NCBI GenBank assembly: GCA_937907535.1
Contig: CALCID010000119.1
Coordinates: 69,243-133,242, forward strand
Direction: 5' to 3'
Source of the DNA: an uncultured bacterium
Lineage (GTDB): Bacteria; Gemmatimonadota; Gemmatimonadetes; Longimicrobiales; RSA9
Length of the DNA: 64,000 bases
Part shown: positions 50,857 to 59,182 of the stretch, one piece after another
How positions within the stretch are numbered: position 1 is the stretch's first letter
Layout: the number at the start of each line of letters is the position of its first letter
Translations under genes and position numbers: made by a program
Notes under the pieces: model-generated
Databases searched by the model: none
The model's input: only the letters and a program-made list of their open reading frames with translations
Told to the model about the DNA's origin: nothing

Positions 50857-52555
50857 GGAGCCCGGAGCCGTCGCGCCGGGGCGGGGCGTGTCGGCGGCGC
50901 CCGGCCGGATGCGGCGCCTCGCGGAAGAGCTCCGCGCCCTCGAAGCCCGGCTGGTCCAGGGCGGCGGACCGGAGAAAATCGAACGGCAGCACGCCCAGGG
51001 GAAGCTGACCGCCCGGGAGCGGATCGCCCTCCTCCTCGATGAGGGTGAGGCGCTGCTGGAGGTCGGGCTCCTCGTCGCCTACGACCAGTACGACGGCCAG
51101 GCGCCCGCCGCGGGCGTGGTCACCGGACTCGGCCGCGTGGCGGGCCGGCCCGTGGTCATCGTGGCCAACGACGCCACGGTCAAGGCCGGCTCCTGGTGGC
51201 CCGAGACGATCCGGAAGATGCTGCGCGCGCAGGAGATCGCCATGCGCTGCCGCATCCCGATCGTGTATCTGGTGGACTCCGCGGGCGTGAACCTGCCGTA
51301 CCAGGGCGGCGTCTTTCCCGGGCAGTACGGCGCCAGCCGGCTCTTCTACTACAACTCCATCATGCGGCGCTACCTCGCCGTGCCGCAGATCGCCGCCGTC
51401 ATGGGCCCGTGCATCGCGGGCGGCGCGTACCTCCCGGCGCTTTCGGACGTGATCCTGATGGTCGAGGGCACGAGCTTCATGGGGCTCGGCGGCCCGAACC
51501 TGGTGAAGGGCGCCACCGGCCAGACCGTGGGCGCGGAAGAGCTGGGCGGCGCCTGGACGCACACGGCCATCAGCGGCGTGGCCCACTACCGGGTGAAGGA
51601 CGACCGGGAGTGCATCGCCCGTATCCGCGAGATGATCGCCGAGCTGCCGTACGATCCGCCGCCCAGGGGCGAGCCCGGGCCGCCCGCCCGCGACCCGGTG
51701 GACATGTACGGCATCCTGCCGGACGACCACCGGCAGCCCTACGACATGCGCCAGCTCCTGGCGTGCATTCTGGACGGCGGGGAGCTCCGGGAGTTCCAGG
51801 CGGACCACGCGCCCGAGATGATCTGCGGCACCGCCCGGATCGAAGGCATACCGGTCGGCGTGATCGCGAACGCCCGCGGGATGATCCGCGACCCCCACGG
51901 CGGGCCGCCCAAGTTCGGCGGGATCATCTACACGGACAGCGCCGAAAAGGTGGCCTACTTCATCGAGACCATGGACCGCCACCGCACCCCGCTCCTCTTC
52001 GTCCAGGACGTGAGCGGGTTCATGGTCGGCAAGGAGGCGGAGCACTCGGGGATCATCCGGGCGGGCGCCCGGTTCGTGGAGGCGATGTCCGTGGCCACGA
52101 TCCCGAAGCTCGTGCTCACCGTGAACCACGCGTCCGGGGCCGGCTACTACGCCATGGCCGGCCAGGGGTTCGACCCGGATTTCATCTTCACCCTGCCGAC
52201 CGGCCGGATGGGCGTGATGGAGGGCGAGAGCGCGGTCATGGCGCTCTTCGGGCCGCAGCTCGAGGAGCTCAAGCAGCAGCGCAAGGAGCCGGATCCCGAG
52301 CTCCAGGCCCGGATCGATGCGGTCCGCGCGGACTACGAGCACCAGCTCGACGCCCGCTACGCCGCGGCCCGCGGCTTCGTGGACGCCGTGGTCCTGCCGG
52401 AGGACGTGCGGCGCATCCTCGCCTTCGCGCTCCACGCCGCGCGGCACAACCCCGGCCCGCACATCGGCCCCTTCGGCCTCGGCGCGGGCATCGTGCCGGG
52501 CACGGGCACGCCGGCCTCGCCGCGGCCCGAGCAGGGTGGAGACGACGTCGCATGA
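50834..52555 (+). CDS. Acyl-CoA carboxylase carboxyltransferase (beta) subunit
   Basis: [72 protein letters not shown] 50834 overlaps the preceding gene by 23 nt; an alternative ATG lies at 50909. Confidence 0.88.
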   Translation: MAVTGRSEEPGAVAPGRGVSAAPGRMRRLAEELRALEARLVQGGGPEKIERQHAQGKLTARERIALLLDEGEALLEVGLLVAYDQYDGQAPAAGVVTGLGRVAGRPVVIVANDATVKAGSWWPETIRKMLRAQEIAMRCRIPIVYLVDSAGVNLPYQGGVFPGQYGASRLFYYNSIMRRYLAVPQIAAVMGPCIAGGAYLPALSDVILMVEGTSFMGLGGPNLVKGATGQTVGAEELGGAWTHTAISGVAHYRVKDDRECIARIREMIAELPYDPPPRGEPGPPARDPVDMYGILPDDHRQPYDMRQLLACILDGGELREFQADHAPEMICGTARIEGIPVGVIANARGMIRDPHGGPPKFGGIIYTDSAEKVAYFIETMDRHRTPLLFVQDVSGFMVGKEAEHSGIIRAGARFVEAMSVATIPKLVLTVNHASGAGYYAMAGQGFDPDFIFTLPTGRMGVMEGESAVMALFGPQLEELKQQRKEPDPELQARIDAVRADYEHQLDARYAAARGFVDAVVLPEDVRRILAFALHAARHNPGPHIGPFGLGAGIVPGTGTPASPRPEQGGDDVA

Positions 52556-52604
52556 CCCGATGCGCTCGCGCCCGCCGTCCACGGTCGTACACGTACTCGT
52601 ACTC

Positions 52605-52653
52605 GTACACGTGCTCGTACTCGTTCCACGTGGACGTGCACGAGCACGTGTAC
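52605..52653. repeat. Perfect 14-bp-arm inverted repeat with an inner 10-bp palindrome, embedded in hexamer-phased (CGWRYA-like) tracts
   Basis: GTACACGTGCTCGT (52605-52618) and ACGAGCACGTGTAC (52640-52653). The loop contains TCCACGTGGA. The flank is gtactcgtactcgtac. It contains the 14-mer CGTGCACGAGCACG (52635-52648), which also occurs in the 55.6 kb array. Confidence 0.85.
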
Positions 52654-52691
52654 GGCTCACCCCCGTACCCCTCCTCGCAATCTGAGAAGCC

Positions 52692-54071
52692 ATGACCCAG
52701 GGTAGCATGATCCGCATAGCATCCGGCCAGGGATTCTGGGGAGATCTCCTGACCGCGCCCGTGGACCAGGTCCGCAACGGGCCGATCGACTTCCTGATGC
52801 TGGACTACTTGGCCGAAGTCACCATGTCGATCCTCCAGAAGCAGCGCTCGCGGGACCCGTCCCAGGGCTACGCCCGGGATTTCGTGCCGCTCATGGGGGA
52901 GATCCTGCCGGACTGCGCGGAGCGCGGCATCCGGGTGATCGCGAACGCCGGCGGCGTGAACCTGGAGGCGTGTCGGGACGCGGTGCTGGCCGAGGCGAGG
53001 AAGGCGGGATTGGCCGGGCGGGTGAGGATCGGCGTCGTCGTCGGGGATGACATCCTGGACCGGCTGCCGGAGCTGATCGCCCGGGGGCACGAGCTCCGGA
53101 ACCTGGACACGGGCGAGCCGCTGGAGACGGTGTTGGACCGGGTCCAGAGCGCGAACGCGTACATCGGCGCGCGCCCGATCGTTCAGGCGCTGGAGCGCGG
53201 CGCCACGGTCGTGATCACCGGCCGCTCCACGGACACCGCGCTGACGTACGCCCCCATGATCTACGCCTTCGGGTGGCCGGAGGACGCCTACGACAAGCTC
53301 GCGGCGGGCGTGGTCGCCGGGCACATCAACGAATGCGGCGCGCAGGCCTCGGGCGGGAACACGCTCGCGGACTGGGAGTCGGTCCCGGACCTGGCGAACG
53401 TCGGCTTCCCGATCATCGAGGCGTACCCGGACGGCACCTTCTACGTGACCAAGCACCCGGGCACCGGGGGCCGGATCAACCGCGCCACGGTGACCGAGCA
53501 GCTGCTCTACGAGCTCGGCGACCCGCGGGAGTACATCACGCCGGACGTGATCGCGGACTTCACGACGATCCGGCTCGAGGATGCGGGGCCGGACCGGGTA
53601 CGGGTCCACGGCGTGCGCGGCCGCGCCCCGACGGACAAGCTCAAGGTCTCCATCTCGTACCACGCCGGATACAAGGCGGTGGGCACCCTGGTCTACGGCT
53701 GGCCGGACCCCGTGAAGAAGGCGCAGGCCGCGGACCGAATCCTGCGGCAACGTCTCGATCGGCTCGGGCTCCGGTTCGACGAGATCCGAACCGAATTCGT
53801 CGGCTGGAACGCAACGCACGGGCCCCTGGCCGGTCCTCCGCCGCCCGACCTCTCGGAAGTCGAGCTGCGCGTGGCCGTCCGCAGCACCGACCGCGCGGCC
53901 GTGGAGCGGTTCACCCGAGAGATCGCGCCGCTCGTGTTGACCGGCCCGCCGACGGTGACCGGCTTCGCCGGTGGACGGCCTCGGGTCCAGGATATCGTCG
54001 CGTTCTGGCCGGCCCTCATCGACCGCAGGGAGATCGAGCCGTTCCTGCGGGTGGAGGTCACCGAGGCGTGA
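52692..54071 (+). CDS. AtuA-family protein (DUF1446, acyclic terpene utilisation A-like)
   Basis: [75 protein letters not shown]. Confidence 0.8.
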   Translation: MTQGSMIRIASGQGFWGDLLTAPVDQVRNGPIDFLMLDYLAEVTMSILQKQRSRDPSQGYARDFVPLMGEILPDCAERGIRVIANAGGVNLEACRDAVLAEARKAGLAGRVRIGVVVGDDILDRLPELIARGHELRNLDTGEPLETVLDRVQSANAYIGARPIVQALERGATVVITGRSTDTALTYAPMIYAFGWPEDAYDKLAAGVVAGHINECGAQASGGNTLADWESVPDLANVGFPIIEAYPDGTFYVTKHPGTGGRINRATVTEQLLYELGDPREYITPDVIADFTTIRLEDAGPDRVRVHGVRGRAPTDKLKVSISYHAGYKAVGTLVYGWPDPVKKAQAADRILRQRLDRLGLRFDEIRTEFVGWNATHGPLAGPPPPDLSEVELRVAVRSTDRAAVERFTREIAPLVLTGPPTVTGFAGGRPRVQDIVAFWPALIDRREIEPFLRVEVTEA

Positions 54072-54247
54072 ACGGACCGTTTGTTCCAACCACTCGGCTG
54101 CTCGTTGCGGTCATCGGGATCCTGGCCGTGGTCGGCCTGATCCTGTCGGGCCACCTGTTCGCGGGGCTCGCGATCCTCGTGATCGGCCTCGCGATCTGGA
54201 TTTCCCTGGCCATGCAACGCACGCAGCCGCCGGAAACGGGGGAGTGA
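54068..54247 (+). CDS. 59-aa two-helix membrane micro-protein
   Basis: GTG 54068 overlaps the AtuA stop (GTGA). [59 protein letters not shown]. The stop lies 3 nt before the next ATG. It sits inside the tail of track ORF 53273..54247. Confidence 0.5.
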   Translation: MNGPFVPTTRLLVAVIGILAVVGLILSGHLFAGLAILVIGLAIWISLAMQRTQPPETGE

Positions 54248-54250
54248 TCC

Positions 54251-54628
54251 ATGAATCCGAACACGGGCGACGCCGCGCCACGCACCGTCCGGCTGATCGA
54301 GCTGGCCCACGGCCGGTCCGGCGACAAGGGCGACACGGTGAACGTCGGCGTGATCGCGCGCCGTCCAGAGTACTACCCGCTCCTGGAACAGCTCCTGACC
54401 GTGGAGCGGGTCCGGGAGCATTTCGCGGGGATGATCACGGGGGACGTGGAGCGCTTCGAGCTGCCGAACCTCTACGCGCTCAACTTCCTGCTGCACGGCG
54501 CGCTGGACGGCGGCGGCACGGTGTCGCTCATGACCGACGCGCAGGGCAAGACCTTCTCCACCGCGATGCTGCGCATGGAGCTCACGGTTCCGGCCGGCGT
54601 GCTGGAGGCACTGGAATCCGGCCAATGA
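54251..54628 (+). CDS. Small AtuA-partner protein (DUF4387-like; family name recalled from memory)
   Basis: 125 aa: RTVRLIELAHGRSGDKGDTVNVGVIAR..FELPNLYALNFLLHGALDGGGTVSL. Its position directly after a DUF1446 gene is the usual pairing as I recall it. Confidence 0.65.
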   Translation: MNPNTGDAAPRTVRLIELAHGRSGDKGDTVNVGVIARRPEYYPLLEQLLTVERVREHFAGMITGDVERFELPNLYALNFLLHGALDGGGTVSLMTDAQGKTFSTAMLRMELTVPAGVLEALESGQ

Positions 54629-55407
54629 GCGGTTTCGAACGAATCCTGTACGACGCCGCGGACGGCGTGGCGAGGATCACGCTGAACCGGCCCGACAAGC
54701 GGAATGCGCTCGACGACCGCACGGTCGTGGAGCTGAAGGCCGCCCTGGAGCGGGCGGAGACGGATCCGGCTGTCCGGGTGCTCCTGCTCCGGGGCGCGGG
54801 CAAGGATTTCTGCGCCGGCGCGGACCTCGCCCAGCTCGAGCGGATCGCCGCCGGCGCGGGCGCCATGGAGAACCTGGACGACGCGGCCGGGCTCGGCGAC
54901 CTCTTCATCCGCATGCGTCGCGCCCGCAAGCCGATCGTGGCCGCGGTGCACGGGCACGTGTTCGCGGGGGGCGCCGGGCTCGCCACGGCGTGCGACCTCG
55001 TCGTCGCGCGGGAGGACGCCGCCTTCGGCTATCCGGAAGTGCACCTGGGGTTCGTGCCGGCCATGGTCATGGCGCTGCTCCGTCGGGCCGTGGGCGAGAA
55101 GGTCGCGTTCGAGCTGGTGGCCCGGGGAGACCGGATCAGCGCGTCCGAAGCGCTGCGGCTCGGGCTGGTGAACCGGGTTTTCCCCGTCGAGAGCTTCGAT
55201 GCGGACGCCGAGGCGTACGCCCGGGAGCTGGCCTCCCGCTCGCCCTCGGCCGTGCGGCTCATCAAGCGGCTCCTCTACGGCATGGACGGCGCCTCCTTCG
55301 AGGAAGCCATCGCCCGGGGCGCCGAGGTCAACGTCATCGCCCGCATGACCGAAGACACGCGCCGGGGCGTGGCCCGGTTCCTCGAGCAGAGGCAGCGCCG
55401 GGTATGA
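54625..55407 (+). CDS. Enoyl-CoA hydratase/isomerase (crotonase) family protein
   Basis: From ATG 54625 (ATGA overlap): ITLNRPDKRNAL..LLRGAGKDFCAGADL..AAVHGHVFAGGAGLATACDL..GYPEVHLG. Confidence 0.88.
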   Translation: MSGFERILYDAADGVARITLNRPDKRNALDDRTVVELKAALERAETDPAVRVLLLRGAGKDFCAGADLAQLERIAAGAGAMENLDDAAGLGDLFIRMRRARKPIVAAVHGHVFAGGAGLATACDLVVAREDAAFGYPEVHLGFVPAMVMALLRRAVGEKVAFELVARGDRISASEALRLGLVNRVFPVESFDADAEAYARELASRSPSAVRLIKRLLYGMDGASFEEAIARGAEVNVIARMTEDTRRGVARFLEQRQRRV

Positions 55408-55595
55408 GCCCGTTCCGGCCTTCCCGGGAGCGGCGGGGCGAAGACCGCTTCCTGCATTGGAAAGTCCTCATCTTCTTCGTCGGCGCGGCGGTCGGCCTGA
55501 TCGGGATGGCCCGGGGGGACGACCGGATCGTGATCACCGCCGCCGCCATCCTCGCGTTGGGTGTGCTTCTACGCATTGCGAGCCGGAGGGAGTAG
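55404..55595 (+). CDS. 63-aa two-helix membrane micro-protein
   Basis: ATG 55404 overlaps the hydratase stop (ATGA). MSPFRPSRERRGEDRFLHWKVLIFFVGAAVGLIGMARGDDRIVITAAAILALGVLLRIASRRE. The TAG stop at 55593-55595 abuts the tandem array. Confidence 0.45.
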   Translation: MSPFRPSRERRGEDRFLHWKVLIFFVGAAVGLIGMARGDDRIVITAAAILALGVLLRIASRRE

Positions 55596-55975
55596 GGGGT
55601 AGCCTTCGCGGCAAGGCAACCTTACCGGGTCGTGCACGAGCACGAGCGCGAGCACGGGGTAGCCTTCGCGGCAAGGCAACCTTACCGGGTCGTGCACGAG
55701 CACGAGCGCGAGCACGGGGTAGCCTTCGCGGCAAGGCAACCTTACCGGGTCGTGCACGAGCACGAGCACGAGCACGGGGCTGCCTTCGTGGCAGGGCTAC
55801 CTTGCCGGGTCGTGCACGAGCACGAGCACGGGGTAGCCTTCGTGGCAGGGCTACCTTGCCGGGTCGTGCACGAGCACGAGCACGGGGGCGGACTTCTCGG
55901 CAAGGCGGCCTTTCCGGGGCGTGCACGAGCTCGGGGCGACCTTCGCGGCGAGGCAACCTTATCGGCCCGACCGGA
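55596..55975. repeat. Tandem repeat array: 3 x 60 bp, 2 x 54 bp, then 2 degenerate units
   Basis: Unit: GGGGTAGCCTTCGCGGCAAGGCAACCTTACCGGGTCGTGCACGAGCACGAGCGCGAGCAC. Units 55596-55655 and 55656-55715 are identical. Unit 55716-55775 has 1 substitution. Units 55776-55829 and 55830-55883 lack one hexamer and carry changes in the hairpin-forming part. Decayed copies run to about 55975. Confidence 0.97.
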
Positions 55976-56120
55976 CCACTGGAGGCCTCGCTTCCAGCCC
56001 CGAGCGATCGCTCCACAGCGCACCCGCCTCGCGCACGCGAAACCGGCGCCTGCAGCCCAGGCATCCCCCGTCCCGTACTCGTTTTCGTCCCCGAACCGGC
56101 TACGCGGCCCCGCCGCAAAT

Positions 56121-56157
56121 GCAACCCCGTACTCGTGCTCGACCCGACAAGGGTTGC
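56121..56157. repeat. Hairpin carrying an inverted copy of the hexamer tract
   Basis: GCAACCC (56121-56127) and GGGTTGC (56151-56157). The loop contains CTCGTGCTCG (56132-56141), the reverse complement of the array's CGAGCACGAG. A related tract, cgtactcgttttcg, lies at 56074-56087. Confidence 0.6.
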
Positions 56158-56210
56158 GGACGAGCCGGCGCCGCGGCTACGCGATGGGCCGCGAGCCCGC
56201 GGCCTCGCGG

Positions 56211-57389
56211 TTACGGCGCGTTGGTCCCCGTGACCGGTATGGCCACCTCCACGGTGGTTCCGGCGCCCGGTGTGCTCCGCACCCACAGGCGGCCCGCCAG
56301 GAGTCCGGCGCGTTCCTCCATCCCGAAGAGGCCCAGCCCCCGCTGCTGGTCCGACAAGACCTCCTGCACGGAGAAACCTTTGCCGTTGTCGGTGATGGTC
56401 GCGGTCACGCGGTCGGCCCGGTGCCGGATCCGGACCGTGGCCCGCGTCGCCTCCGCGTGCCGGACGACGTTCGAGAGCGCCTCCTGGATGATTCGATAGA
56501 TCGCGAGCTCGGCCTCGGGATGGAGCAGGCCGTCCACCGAGTCCGCATCCACTTCCACCTCGAGCCCCGTGGTCTCGGCGAGCGACCGCGCGTGTGACTC
56601 CACGGCCGCCACGAGGCCCAGCTCGTCGAGCGCGGGGGGGCGCAGCCCCCGGGCGAACCGCCGCACCCCCTCCAGCACCTCGCTCACCTGGGTCCGAACC
56701 TCCTCCAGCACGGACTCCCGCGCGCTCGGATCCGAGAGGCCGCGCGCCACCCGCAGCCGGATCAACAGCGCGGCCAGGGCCTGGGCCGTCTCGTCGTGCA
56801 GGTCCCGGGCGATGCGCTTCCGTTCCGCCTCCTGGGCCTGGAGCGCCCGCGCCGCCACGTACCGGAGCCGCTCCCGCGTGGCGGCCAACCCGTCCAGCAT
56901 GGCGTTGATCGTCCGTGTCAGGCGCTCGAACTCCGAGTCCGCGAGCGGCGAGATCGGCGCCCGGACGTCCAGCTCGCCCTCCCGGATCCGCGCCACCGCC
57001 GCCTCCAGCATGTACAGCGGCTTCAGCGCCAGCTTGATGATGGCGGCGTTGATCATGACGGTGAGCAGCGCGCCCGCCAGCGCGAGAAGGGCGATGGTGT
57101 CGATGGTCACGCCGAGCTCCGACGAGCGCATGAGCGAGGCCGTGATCGCCGCGCTGGCGATCAGGCCCCCGACCACCAGGAACGTGTTCGCAATGAGAAT
57201 CTTGTAGAAGAGAGGAACGCGCAGCAGCGTGCTCACGATCCCTTTGCGCGGCCACCGGCTGCGCCCTTCCAGGCGCTGCCGCTGACCCGCGCGGTCGGAC
57301 TCCCGCCTGTCCGCTGGCGCTGCCCGCAACGTGACGCCGACCGGCGTGCCAGACTTCGTTTCCACCGAGACCCCCGGGTGTGGATCCAA
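56211..57389 (-). CDS. Sensor histidine kinase, HisKA_3 (NarX/LiaS-like) with HAMP
   Basis: Two TM helices separated by a very short loop, a HAMP-like segment, ERKRIARDLHDETAQALAAL (H-box), and an ATPase domain ..GLGLFGMEERAGLLAGRLWVRSTPGAGTTVEV. Confidence 0.88.
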   Translation of the reverse strand: MDPHPGVSVETKSGTPVGVTLRAAPADRRESDRAGQRQRLEGRSRWPRKGIVSTLLRVPLFYKILIANTFLVVGGLIASAAITASLMRSSELGVTIDTIALLALAGALLTVMINAAIIKLALKPLYMLEAAVARIREGELDVRAPISPLADSEFERLTRTINAMLDGLAATRERLRYVAARALQAQEAERKRIARDLHDETAQALAALLIRLRVARGLSDPSARESVLEEVRTQVSEVLEGVRRFARGLRPPALDELGLVAAVESHARSLAETTGLEVEVDADSVDGLLHPEAELAIYRIIQEALSNVVRHAEATRATVRIRHRADRVTATITDNGKGFSVQEVLSDQQRGLGLFGMEERAGLLAGRLWVRSTPGAGTTVEVAIPVTGTNAP

Positions 57390-57584
57390 TGGCTCGCTCC
57401 CACAGCCAATTTACCCCTATACCCCCACACCCGTCAGGACTCCCCCGGTGGCCGGTCCGCCCGGCGCCGGCCAGGCCGGTAGCCGGGCAGGATCCGGTGC
57501 CCGCCCCGGCCACACCGCCCGCCCGACCCACCGGGTCGCCGCCGCCGATTCCGACGCCGCGGCTCGCGCCGTCCCTCGGCGCGG

Positions 57585-58082
57585 TCAACCGCCGCGCGCC
57601 AGACGAACGGCGGCCATCACCAGGATGATGCCGATGATGGCGTTCGCCCTCGCCAGGAGCGCGGCCCAGCGCCTCAGCCGCAGCGCCTCCGGCGTCCCCG
57701 CCCGCACCCGCGAGGCCCTCGGACCCAGCACGAAATCGTGCAGCGCGCTCACCACGATCATGGATGCGACGGCGCCGAGCTTCCACGCCAGCGCGTGCCC
57801 GTACCGCGTCGCCCAGAACGCGCCGGAGCCCAGCACCGCCAGGTCCAGCACGCCCCGGAAATACAGATTCAGCGCCCCGGTCACGACCAGCACCGCGATC
57901 GCGATCCACCCGGCGAAGCGGTACGTCTCGCCGATCCGCCGGAACAGCTCCGCCCGCAGCTCGGCCGGCTCGACCCTGCGCAGCACCGGCGCGCCCACCA
58001 CCGCCAGGAAGAACATCCCGCCCAGCCAGAACAGCGCGGCCAGCAGATGCACCGTCACGTTCAGATGGTAGAGCGACATCAC
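57585..58082 (-). CDS. CopD-like four-helix membrane protein
   Basis: MMSLYHLNVTVHLLAALFWLGGMFFLAVVG.. with four predicted TM helices. The resemblance to CopD-domain proteins is judged from pattern only. Confidence 0.55.
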   Translation of the reverse strand: MMSLYHLNVTVHLLAALFWLGGMFFLAVVGAPVLRRVEPAELRAELFRRIGETYRFAGWIAIAVLVVTGALNLYFRGVLDLAVLGSGAFWATRYGHALAWKLGAVASMIVVSALHDFVLGPRASRVRAGTPEALRLRRWAALLARANAIIGIILVMAAVRLARGG

Positions 58083-58381
58083 CTCCGTTCACCTCCTGCT
58101 CCCGGACTCCGACCCCTCCGCCCGCTCCGGCGGCCCGAATCTAAGCGAGTCCGTCCGCGCCGTCTGTCGGGACATCCCCTGATCTCGCGTGGGAAGATCG
58201 CCCACCACGCCGATGCCGCGCCCGGCCAGGACCGGTCGCGCCGGACCGCCGGCCCCCTCCGGCACCGACGGGTGCGGGGCCATGCCCGTGAACGCCGCGC
58301 GCCGCGGCGCGCCCGTACGAACTTTTCCGGCTTGCGCCGTGTACGATCCGCAGCCGCAGCAACCCCACTCCGAGGTGGAGT

Positions 58382-59047
58382 ATGAGGCCCCTGGTACCAA
58401 TGCTCCTGGCCGCCACGCTCCTCGGCGCCGTGGCGCCCCTACCCGCCGAAGCGCTCCAGGCCGCATCCCACTGGTGGGAATGGGCCGCGCCGTACCTGGC
58501 CGGCGGGACCTCGATCCGGACCTCCCGCGGCACGGTCATCACCATCCCCGACCGGCGCAAGGACTGGGAGCGGGATCGCCGGGACAGGGATCGCCGCGAT
58601 CGGGAACGCGACCGCCGCCGCTTCGACGACCGCTACGACCGCGGCCCGGCCTTCTGCCGGTCCGGCGAGGGCCACCCGGTGTTCGGGTACCGCTGGTGCG
58701 TCGAGCGCGGCTACGGCCTCCCCGGCCGTGTCGAACACCGCCGGGCTCCCGCCTGGCGCCGCGGTGACTGGGGGAAGGTCATCATCATCTATCCCCGGCA
58801 CTACCGCGCCGGCACCGTCGTCACCCACGCCGAGCTGATCGACATCCTCGGCCTGGTGTCCTTCCGCCGATTCGAGTCGTATGCCCGCGGCCTCGCGCCC
58901 GGCGCACGCCTCGCCGGCCGCTGGTACCAGCCCCCCGGTTTCTCCGCGCGGGTGCTCCAGATCCATGCCGGCGGCGTGCCCATTGCCGAGCTCACGGACC
59001 TGGACCACGACGGCGTCGTCGACATCCTTCTCCTGAACGGGCGCTGA
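58382..59047 (+). CDS. Secreted protein of unknown function with an Arg/Asp-rich tract
   Basis: Signal peptide MRPLVPMLLAATLLGAVAPLPAEA. Tract RRKDWERDRRDRDRRDRERDRRRFDDRYDRG. C-terminal LTDLDHDGVVDILLLNG (FG-GAP/VCBS-like Asp motif). Confidence 0.55.
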   Translation: MRPLVPMLLAATLLGAVAPLPAEALQAASHWWEWAAPYLAGGTSIRTSRGTVITIPDRRKDWERDRRDRDRRDRERDRRRFDDRYDRGPAFCRSGEGHPVFGYRWCVERGYGLPGRVEHRRAPAWRRGDWGKVIIIYPRHYRAGTVVTHAELIDILGLVSFRRFESYARGLAPGARLAGRWYQPPGFSARVLQIHAGGVPIAELTDLDHDGVVDILLLNGR

Positions 59048-59182
59048 GTCCGGCGGCGATTCCGGATACCGGCCGCCCCGGCTGTAGCATGTCGTTTGCA
59101 CACAATGGCTTGGGCGGGCCGGTGCAGCGCCGCCGGCCGCCGCGCCGCCAGGAGTTCAGCCCTCGCGCTGGGGAGGTCGACG

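Noticed and set aside
55596-55975. CRISPR array
   Set aside because: The whole 60-bp period is repeated identically. There are no unique spacers between repeats and no cas genes in the window.
55632-56597. 321-aa ORF starting in the repeat array as a full-length gene
   Set aside because: Beyond about 55900 the translation becomes R/A/P-rich, and from 56211 it runs antisense into the well-supported histidine kinase. Only the repeat-encoded part is discussed, as a hypothesis.
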